Assembly (NCBI GenBank): GCA_963802265.1
Contig: CAWDIC010000007.1
Span: 169,608 to 193,607, forward strand
Length of the DNA: 24,000 nucleotides
Origin: an uncultured delta proteobacterium
GTDB taxonomy: Bacteria; Desulfobacterota; Desulfobacteria; Desulfobacterales; CAWDIC01
Direction of reading: 5' to 3'
The number at the start of each line of letters is the position of its first letter. Position 1 is the first letter of the stretch. Below, in pieces: positions 1-6,861 of the stretch. A model generated the notes under the pieces. The model was not told where the DNA came from, made no database searches, and saw only the letters and a list, made by a program, of their open reading frames with translations. The translations under genes and the position numbers were made by a program.

Positions 1-1021
1 TAATGATGTTGATATGCGTATCTTGAGTATCCAAAACTGGAAATAATATCGAAGGTTGTCTGTCTCATGGTCTGGGAAAGAATAAAACCACGATCAAAAT
101 CAAGGTGTTGCTGTATAGGCTTTTCATTACCTTATTGATTAGTTCGTCTATACTTGTATTAGTTGATGTTACCTTACCGATTTCTTGGATGAGGATGGAA
201 TTGCTATGGCGGATATTTATTTCATCAAGCAGATTTTTAGCAGCATTTCCTTGTATCTTTATTGTATCTTTGATATTTATTCTTTTTTAGCCGTTCTGCA
301 ATATTCGATGAAATTAAAGAAATAATCAAAACTTAATCAGCACGATTATCGATACTAAGGCTACCTGGAAATAAAATAAGGATAATGAGGAGACGATATG
401 AGAGCGACCAGAAAACTATGCGACTAATTTGTGTCCAGATTGAGAGAGAGCTTTTATCCCAGGTGATAATGTAACGGCAGCAGTCATCACCTTTATGAAT
501 ACAAGATGTTTCAACTATATTAGCATAGTTGTCAGTAAAGTATTTGGGCATTGATTCAAATATACCTTTTCGATTTTCACATTGATAAGGTTTTTCATTT
601 ACATTGGGTTTGGGTTTTGAGGTAATTTGAATCTTATGAGGTCCAATTTTTTTTGCTTCTAAATTGGCCGCACGGCTCAAAAGCGGATAGCCTTTAGCAA
701 CGAGCATATAATTTGAAGTCAAATTTACGTAGGCCTAAAACATATTGTTTTACATAGCCAAGGGATTCTGAAGAAGTAATAACCGCCCAGCATCTCTGGA
801 GATGTTCATATTACCAGTTTTTTTGACAACAATTTCGTTGAAAACGATCTACCTGTTTCTGATTGAACCAATGCGCTGGGTCTTCTACCTCGTATCTTTC
901 AATACCAGCAAAGGATAAAATCGATCCAATATCGATTTCAGGATAATATTTTTCCAAATATTCGATATAAGTGTTGGTAATTCGGCTGTTATAAAGTGGA
1001 TATTAGGTCGTGTAGATTCAT
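1..1021 (-). CDS. Multidomain sensor protein, N-terminal part (V4R/haem-NO-binding-like sensor module followed by a GAF-like region). It runs off the window and has several frameshifts.
   Basis: Minus-strand ATG at 1021-1019 gives MNLHDLIS. It continues in shifted frames as YNSRITNTYIEYLEKYYPEIDIGSILSFAGIERYEVEDPAHWFNQKQVDRF. Next comes track ORF 333..722 (EKPYQCENRKGIFESMPKYF...CIHKGDDCCRYIITWD). Below 290 it reads AAKNLLDEINIRHSNSILIQEIGKVTSTNTSIDELINKVMKSL and LDFDRGFILLSQ. Domain names rest on motif memory only. Confidence 0.45.
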
Positions 1022-1091
1022 CTGATTGCATTTTTATTTATCATTAATTAGAGAGTTAAAACCTCAAACGTATTATCCAAAAGATCGACAA

Positions 1092-1904
1092 TTAACAGGC
1101 GGTTTCGTAGGGGGGTTCCCCGGCCAAGGATATTTTAACGATTTCAGCACATTCCAGAGAGGCCAAGGTTGTAACCACGGGTGATAATGTGCCAAGGGCG
1201 GCCTCCGCGCCCTTCGACGGGATGTCGTTTTCAACAGCGCCATATATCAGCTTCAAGCCCTGATCTTCGGGGAAAATCGTTGTGAGTTGTCCTGAAAAAC
1301 CCGCAACTGCAGCTGAAATGAACGGTACACCCATTTGTTTGGCGGCCCGCTCTACCACGAACCTGGTTTTGATATTATCCAGACAATCAACGATTACATC
1401 TGTCTTGGCCAATAAATCTGTCGCATTGGTCTCGTCTATGTATTCAGCGTGAGCATGGCACATATTGAAGGGTTCACTTCTGCGACCCTTTGCTTGGCAG
1501 CATTCGCTTTGGAAGAACCCAATAAATCCGTTTTACTAAGGAATTGTCGGTTTAAATTGCTTTCTTCAAACATATCACCATCAAGCAGCACAAGCCGACC
1601 GAAGCCTATACGGGCCAGAATTTCTGTAACCGCACCTCCCAAACCGCCTAAGCCAACAACGCCGACCTGGGAATTGAGAAGGGCAATTTGATCTTCCACA
1701 GAAAAAAAGCGCAAGTTACGGGCATAATGTTCGGGTACGATATCGTTTTGTAAGGCGACTAATTTCAATTTGCTGCAGGTTTAAATTAAATTTAGCTGAA
1801 AGATGGTTGGTGCTGTCGAGCGATAAACTCAAAAATGGCGTGTTGTCTGGAAATTTCTTTTGAGATGCTTGCTTATTTATGGCGGAAACCAATTCAGAAG
1901 GCAC
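1092..1904 (-). CDS. ThiF/MoeB/HesA-family E1-like adenylyltransferase (two frameshifts, near 1445-1465 and 1765-1775)
   Basis: Three track ORFs (1716..1904, 1436..1768, 1092..1463) join into one protein. It carries the nucleotide-binding motif VGVVGLGGLGGAVTEILARIGFGRLVLLDGDMFEESNLNRQ and a ThiF-type C-terminal half. The GTG start lies 2 nt after the upstream carrier gene stop. Confidence 0.8.
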
Positions 1905-1906
1905 GA

Positions 1907-2141
1907 TTATCCACCTCCCACGGGCGGAAAAAGTCCAACCGTCTCTCCACCCTTTAGGCGTGTAGACAAATCACTTTTAACACTGTTAACGAAGATCAAT
2001 TTAACATCGTTAACTGGAACGCCGATTTGCTCGACCAGGTCTTTTATACTGATGCCGGGATCAATTGGATAGGTCTCAGGCGATTCGGGCAAATATTTTC
2101 TTAAGTGTTGCAAAAAGCTTTATGTGAATATGAGGCTTCAT
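1907..2141 (-). CDS. ThiS/MoaD-like ubiquitin-fold sulfur-carrier protein ending in GGG (one frameshift in the T4 run at 2096-2099)
   Basis: Track ORF 1907..2113 ends ...GGETVGLFPPVGGG. Minus-strand ATG at 2141-2139 reads MKPHIHIKLFATLKK and joins YLPESPETYPIDPG if one base of the homopolymer is removed, giving 77 aa. It lies directly upstream of the ThiF-like gene. Confidence 0.7.
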
Positions 2142-2166
2142 ATTGATTTCAAAATAGGCTATAAAA

Positions 2167-2210
2167 ATAAAATCGCAGGGCGATTTTATATGACGCGACT
2201 GCGTCGCTCC
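2167..2210 (-). repeat. Double-hairpin (DH) element, copy 1
   Basis: ATAAAATCG caggg CGATTTTAT atgac GCGAC tgc GTCGC tc. On the minus strand it sits 26 nt upstream of the ThiS-like start. Confidence 0.85.
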
Positions 2211-2224
2211 ATAAAGGGCTTTTA

Positions 2225-2426
2225 TATCTCACAGAGACAGAGCACAGAGTTTTATTCGAATTTTTCAAAGAAGATTCAGATTTTAGCCCAATCTTCGCTT
2301 ATCCTTGTTTTATTATCAATATAACGTATTTTAATATATACGTTTTCCTGATTTTTCCTCTCAAAAAATCAGGAAAAGAACAATCTTTGTGATCTCTGTG
2401 GGCTCGAGCGAAGCGGGCGAGAGATA
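2225..2426. mobile_element. CTCTGTG-terminal inverted-repeat element, copy E1 (MITE-like)
   Basis: Left end: TA TCTC ACAGAG ACAGAG CACAGAG. Right end: hairpin 2343-2377 (loop CCTCTCA), then CTTTGTG at CTCTGTG GGCTCGAGCGAAGCGGGC GAGAGA TA. Confidence 0.7.
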
Positions 2427-2528
2427 GATAGAGCAATTCGTCGCCTCACTATTATTGCATAGCCCCTTACGGTTGAAATTGTCAATAAGTCACAAAATGT
2501 TGATTTTAACCTTCGCTGATTTAGTTTT

Positions 2529-2572
2529 GAGCGGCGAAGCCGCGTCAAATAAAATCGTCAAAGCGATTTTAT
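2529..2572 (+). repeat. DH element, copy 2 (compensated first stem)
   Basis: GA GCGGC gaa GCCGC GTCAa ATAAAATCG tcaaag CGATTTTAT, immediately followed by ATG 2573. Confidence 0.85.
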
Positions 2573-3491
2573 ATGGATATAATTTAACCATCATCCCCAT
2601 CTTTGCCGTAATCGGCCTCGGGTGTATTGCCCGATGATTGGGTTCATCAGGAAAGAGTTTTTGGAACCGGCCAACCGGCTGGTTTATTATCTCGCGATTC
2701 CTGCAATGATTTTCCGTTCTATAGCTCAAACTTCACTTAAAACCCAGTTCGATATCACGGTGATCGCGGTTACATTATTAGCCGTGATTGCCTCTTTTGT
2801 AGTCGTTTGGTCGGCTGGTGCGATATTTCGTGTAAAAAAATCACAATTGGGCACATTTGTACAGAGTTCCGTGCATGGCAATCTGGGCTATATCGGCTTG
2901 GCGGTTGCATTTTACTATCTGGGAAGCGATGGGTTGACCCGTGCAAGTATTATTGCCGGCTTTGTGATGATTCTGCAGAATCTGTTGGCGGTTACAGCCT
3001 TGCAATCGTTCGGCCCGAGAGGTTTGGGTGCAAGAAAGTGGTTGAAAAGTTTAGGAAAAATTGCCGGAAATCCTGTAATCATATCTGCCTTGGCTGGAAT
3101 TGTATTCTCGGTTGCCGCAATACCAATACCGGTAGTGGTGGATCGGAGCTTGAAAATATTAGCAGGAATGGCGTTACCCATGGCACTGCTGGTAATCGGT
3201 GCATCGTTGTCCTTTGAACAAATCTGGCAACGCATCATACCTGTCTGCACGACTGGTATGTTTAAACTCCTTTTGTTGCCCGGTATCGGATTTATGCTCT
3301 ATACATTTTTTGATGTCAGTGCCTATGATTACCTCCCGGGTCTGATCTTGCTTGCATCACCCACGGCTACGATTGCTTATGTAATGGCCAAAGAAATGAA
3401 TGGCGATGCCGATTTTGCCGGTGCGGCCATTTCTTTGAGTACGCTCCTTTCCGGAGTGACGTTTATCATATGGCTAAATTTAGCGATATGA
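2573..3491 (+). CDS. AEC (auxin efflux carrier) family membrane transporter; two -1 frameshifts near 2583-2585 and about 2630
   Basis: Track ORF 2622..3491 is polytopic and hydrophobic with AEC-like segments. The N-terminus LTIIPIFAVIGLGCIAR sits in the frame of ORF 2455..2637. ATG at 2573 gives MDII and joins it if the T-run is one base longer. The start is therefore uncertain. Confidence 0.7.
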
Positions 3492-3493
3492 AG

Positions 3494-3530
3494 ATAAAAT
3501 TATTACACGATTTTATATAGCGCGACGACA
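3494..3530 (-). repeat. DH element, copy 3 (degenerate)
   Basis: ATAAAATtattaca CGATTTTAT atag cGCGAC gac..; the second arm of the GC hairpin is decayed. It starts 3 nt after the transporter stop. Confidence 0.6.
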
Positions 3531-3554
3531 TTGAGAAGCTTTTAGCGTTTAAGC

Positions 3555-3587
3555 GCCAGTGTTTACAACCATGGGGCTGGCTTTTTT
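3555..3587 (+). terminator. Weak terminator-like hairpin after the transporter gene
   Basis: GCCAG (3555-3559) pairs with CTGGC (3577-3581) around a long loop, followed by TTTTTT. Confidence 0.3.
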
Positions 3588-3675
3588 CATATGAAATATA
3601 GTAACATTTACATATACGACAGTTTGTGCGATTTTGGATAGATTCGGCGTCATCCTTTTTTGAAATAATGATTTA

Positions 3676-3704
3676 TTACTATTTTCTTTCTAATTATGTA
3701 ATAT
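3676..3704 (+). promoter_or_regulatory. Candidate sigma-70 promoter for the epimerase gene
   Basis: TTACTA (3676-3681), 17-bp spacer, TAATAT (3699-3704). This would give a ~190-nt leader containing the GT-rich/CA-rich and AACTGGC arrays. Confidence 0.35.
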
Positions 3705-3726
3705 CATCCCTATAACGAAGGACTTA

Positions 3727-3783
3727 GGTTCATTGGGTTCGTTGGGTTTGACGACGGACAACGAGCAACAAGCAACCCACAAC
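3727..3783 (+). repeat. GT-rich then CA-rich short-period array in the epimerase leader
   Basis: GGTTCATTGGGTTCGTTGGGTTTG followed by ACGACGGACAACGAGCAACAAGCAACCCACAAC. The two halves are roughly complementary, and the second contains the ACGGACAAC motif. Confidence 0.7.
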
Positions 3784-3847
3784 ATTAATGACCTTGCTGA
3801 AAGCGACAAATTGAAGGGTGAATGACCATAAAGACGTTTCATTCATT

Positions 3848-3881
3848 GGCAAACTGGCGTAACTGGCCAACTGGCTAAACC
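3848..3881 (+). repeat. AACTGGCN octamer array
   Basis: GGCAAACTGGCGTAACTGGCCAACTGGCTAAACC, 17 nt upstream of the epimerase ATG. Confidence 0.75.
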
Positions 3882-3897
3882 AAAAAAGGTGTATACA

Positions 3898-4942
3898 ATG
3901 TCGTTTAAGTTTAAAAATGTATTGGTAACCGGAGCAGCAGGGTTCATTGGTTTTCACCTTTCGCTGCGACTGTTGAAAGAGGGTTACCAGGTAACAGGCC
4001 TGGACAACCTGAATGCCTATTATGACGTCAAGCTAAAGGAATCACGACTTGAACTACTCAAAAAGCACGACAAATTCAAGTTTCAAAAGGTCGACCTGGC
4101 CGACCTAAGCGAACTGGAAGCACTTTTTAAGGAGACAGAACTATGAAGTTGTCGTCAACATGGCGGCTCAGGCAGGCGTTCGCTATTCCCTAACGAACCC
4201 CCACGCCTATGTCGATGCCAATATTGTCGGTTTTGTGAATATTCTTGAATGCTGCCGTCATTCAGCGTCAAGCATCTGGTGTATGCGTCGTCCAGTTCCG
4301 TGTATGGCGCCAACACCAATATGCCGTTTTCGATTCACCACAATGTGGATCATCCGGTTTCCCTTTATGCGGCTTCCAAGAAAGCCAACGAACTCATGGC
4401 GCATACCTACAGCCACCTGTACAAGTTGCCATGTACCGGACTCAGGTTTTTTACGGTATATGGTCCATGGGGGCGTCCGGACATGGCGCTCTTTTTGTTT
4501 ACACGGGCCATTATCGAAGGCAAGCCCATCAAGGTTTTCAACCATGGCAAAATGCTGAGAGATTTTACCTACATCGATGACATCATCGAAGGCGTTTACC
4601 GCGTTATGCATAAACTCCCAGAGCCAAATTTATCGTGGAGCGGGTGATGCACCCGATCCGGGTACATCCTACGCCCCTTTCAAATTGTACAACATCGGGA
4701 ACAACAATCCCGTCGAACTTACTGAATTCATCGCAGCCATCGAGGAAACACTTGGCAAACAAGCCCAGAAAGAATACCTCGACTTGCAGCCAGGCGATGT
4801 GCCTGCCACTTATGCCGATGTCGACGATTTGATCAATGATGTTGGGTTTAAGCCGTCCACGCCGCTAAAAGTCGGGATCGCACGTTTCATCGAGTGGTAT
4901 GAGAATTACTATTCTTATAAAATCGTGAAACGATTTTATTGA
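3898..4942 (+). CDS. NAD-dependent epimerase/dehydratase (UDP-glucuronate 4-epimerase-like); three frameshifts
   Basis: Motifs seen: [14 protein letters not shown] Rossmann motif, [30 protein letters not shown] (YxxxK) and [14 protein letters not shown], spread over track ORFs 3889.., 4160.., 4249.. and 4577..4942. SD AAGGTG lies 7 nt before ATG 3898. Confidence 0.8.
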
Positions 4943-4958
4943 CGCGACGATGGCGCTC
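4917..4958 (-). repeat. DH element, copy 4
   Basis: ATAAAATCG tgaaa CGATTTTAT tgac GCGAC gat GGCGC tc. It encodes the last codons (YKIVKRFY stop) of the epimerase. Confidence 0.85.
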
Positions 4959-5063
4959 TATTTGACTGATTAAAAAATTTTTTAGTTCGGACAGCCTTGA
5001 AGGCTTATCAGTGTTTTACAAGATCTACAGGGTTTCAGTTCTTACGGGCTTTTGAAGGTGCAT

Positions 5064-5103
5064 AGCGACAGTCGCATTAAATAAAATCGCATAGCGATTT
5101 TAT
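5064..5103 (+). repeat. DH element, copy 5
   Basis: A GCGAC a GTCGC attaa ATAAAATCG catag CGATTTTAT. It lies 54 nt upstream of the leader-peptide ATG and is inverted relative to copy 4, about 105 bp away. Confidence 0.85.
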
Positions 5104-5156
5104 ATTAACATGATCAGGGTTTTCATAGAATACCTTGAAATTAAAGGATTAATATT

Positions 5157-5204
5157 ATGAATAATTTTTCGGGCAATTATTATTTTTATTACTGGCTACT
5201 ATAA
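5157..5204 (+). CDS. Candidate leader peptide MNNFSGNYYFYYWLL (15 codons, 7 aromatic, 6 consecutive)
   Basis: ATG 5157 is preceded by AAGGA (5144-5148) at 8-nt spacing. Codons read AAT AAT TTT TCG GGC AAT TAT TAT TTT TAT TAC TGG CTA CTA TAA. It is followed by alternative helices and a terminator, and lies upstream of the DAHP synthase gene. Confidence 0.55.
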   Translation: MNNFSGNYYFYYWLL

Positions 5205-5253
5205 TACCGGTTTGCCCGAAGTGCGCTGATACAAGCAAAAACAACTAAGAATT

Positions 5254-5296
5254 AAAAGCCGTGGCAAACTAAAAACTGCCACGGCTTTTTTTTTTT
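5254..5296 (+). terminator. Intrinsic terminator (attenuator 3:4 helix)
   Basis: GCCGTGGCA (5258-5266) pairs with TGCCACGGC (5277-5285) around a 10-nt loop. An A-run precedes it and 11 consecutive T (5286-5296) follow. Confidence 0.75.
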
Positions 5297-5349
5297 CGCA
5301 TAGAAAACTGTACAAGCTGATAGGTGAAATGGTTAATTGTAGGTGGAGT

Positions 5350-5591
5350 TATCTCTCGCCCGCTCCGCTCGAGCTCGCAGAGTTCTCAGAGTTTTTCATT
5401 TTGCTGATTTTTTGAGAGGAAAAATCAGTAAAAAATAATTTTAACTATATGTTGCAGTAAAATTAGACTTTTTTGTGGCTTTTCGATACTTTAATTAACC
5501 AGATGATAACATGTGATGATTTATTGAGAATCCTCCTCTCAAGGATTCTCAATTAATATTCTCTGTGGCTCTGTGATCTCTGTGAGAGATA
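5350..5591. mobile_element. CTCTGTG-TIR element, copy E2
   Basis: Left: TA TCTCTC GCCCGCTCCGCTCGAGC t CGCAGAG tt CTCAGAG, then hairpin 5404-5428 (loop TGAGAGG). Right: hairpin 5524-5552 (loop CCTCTCA), then CTCTGTG g CTCTGTG at CTCTGTG AGAGA TA. It ends 31 nt before the aroG ATG. Confidence 0.75.
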
Positions 5592-5622
5592 ATCATAAAA
5601 ACATGGGTGAGGGACAACGACA

Positions 5623-6708
5623 ATGAAACAGACACAGGACCTTCGGGTCAGGGACTATAAGAATTTGATGAGCCCGAGAGAACTGGAAAAGACACTTCCA
5701 ATGACGACCGAAGCCAACGAGACTGTCGTTGAGGGACGCAAGGCAATTGAGGACATACTGGCACGCAAAGATAAGCGCCTCCTGGTTATTACAGGCCCTT
5801 GTTCGATCCACGATGAAAAGGCAGCCTTTGAATATGCTGAAAAATTGTGCGATTTGAAGAAAAGGGTCGAAAAAACACTTTGCGTGGTCATGCGGGTCTA
5901 TTTCGAAAAACCACGTACAACGGTTGGGTGGAAAGGCATGATCAATGATCCTTATTTGGATGGCACCTGCGACATGACCGAAGGGTTGGTAAAAGCTCGC
6001 CAGATATTACTAAAAATCACCGAAATGGGAATACCAACAGCAACGGAATTGCTGGAGACCATCACACCGCAATATGTTGCCGACCTGGTGTGCTGGGCTG
6101 CCATCGGGGCACGTACAACCGAATCGCAGACCCATCGGGAGATGGCAAGCGGTCTGTCTATGACGGTAGGGTTTAAAAACGGTACGGACGGGAACCTTGA
6201 CACTGCCATCAACGCCATGCTCGCCGCGCGTGCCCCCCAAAGTTTTTTAGGAATAGATCCTGAAGGCCTGACAAGTATCGTAAATACAAATGGTAATCCG
6301 TCTGGGCATATTGTACTGCGAGGAGGTAAACATCCCAATTACGATTCTCGCAGCATCGAGGAAGCACGTATGGAGCTCATCGGTAAAAATTTGCCGGATA
6401 CGATTATGGTCGACTGCTCCCACGCCAATTCCAAAAAGAAATTTCAAGGCCAGGCACTTGTGTGGAAAAACATCATCGATCAGCGCATCAACGGGAATGA
6501 TGCCATCATCGGTATGATGATGGAGAGCAATTTATTCGAAGGAAACCAGAAATACAATGGTGATGCTTCGGCTTTGAAGTACGGCGTATCGATTACAGAC
6601 GAGTGCATTTCATGGGAAACAACCGAAAGCTTGCTGCTATATGCACATGAGAAACTGGCAAACCGTACCAACCGGTCAATAGGACTGAGGACGCAGAGGA
6701 CTAAGTAA
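5623..6708 (+). CDS. aroG: 3-deoxy-D-arabino-heptulosonate-7-phosphate synthase, class I (AroF/G/H type)
   Basis: Track ORF has the hallmarks [38 protein letters not shown] and VDCSHANS. The last ~10 codons (IGLRTQRTK) are encoded by a GGACTNAG repeat array. Confidence 0.9.
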   Translation: MKQTQDLRVRDYKNLMSPRELEKTLPMTTEANETVVEGRKAIEDILARKDKRLLVITGPCSIHDEKAAFEYAEKLCDLKKRVEKTLCVVMRVYFEKPRTTVGWKGMINDPYLDGTCDMTEGLVKARQILLKITEMGIPTATELLETITPQYVADLVCWAAIGARTTESQTHREMASGLSMTVGFKNGTDGNLDTAINAMLAARAPQSFLGIDPEGLTSIVNTNGNPSGHIVLRGGKHPNYDSRSIEEARMELIGKNLPDTIMVDCSHANSKKKFQGQALVWKNIIDQRINGNDAIIGMMMESNLFEGNQKYNGDASALKYGVSITDECISWETTESLLLYAHEKLANRTNRSIGLRTQRTK

Positions 6709-6764
6709 ATTTACGGCCTTGGAACCGCGGTCCGCAAGCAAAAGAAAACTCAGTCCATAAGTCC
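6681..6764. repeat. GGACTNAG octamer triplet and its inverted partner around the aroG stop
   Basis: AGGACTGAG GACGCAGA GGACTAAG (6681-6705), then stop, then ACTCAGTCC ATAAGTCC (6748-6764). GGAACCGCGGTCC lies in between. Confidence 0.65.
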
Positions 6765-6787
6765 TAATAACTAAATCCTTATTGATG

Positions 6788-6843
6788 TCCTTGAGCATCC
6801 TCTTGCTCAAGGATTCTCTAATAAATACGTCTGTGACTCTGTC
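6788..6843 (+). repeat. Half element E4 (right-end type)
   Basis: Hairpin TCCTTGAGCA tcctct TGCTCAAGGA (6788-6813), then GTCTGTG a CTCTGTC. It lies 19 nt upstream of the CM-aroE ATG. Confidence 0.6.
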
Positions 6844-6861
6844 AACTTTGATAGCTAAAGT

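Noticed and set aside
2124-2324. Short ORFs over repeat elements (2124..2324, 3730..3957, 105..290, 12353..12616)
   Set aside because: They are translations of hairpin, octamer-repeat or AT-rich spacer sequence, and they overlap better-supported features on the other strand.
4963-5140. Sigma-70 promoter for the leader peptide
   Set aside because: Several TTGACT/TTGAAG hexamers are present, but none has a convincing -10 at 16-18 bp. The leader may instead be transcribed by read-through from the epimerase gene, so no call is made.
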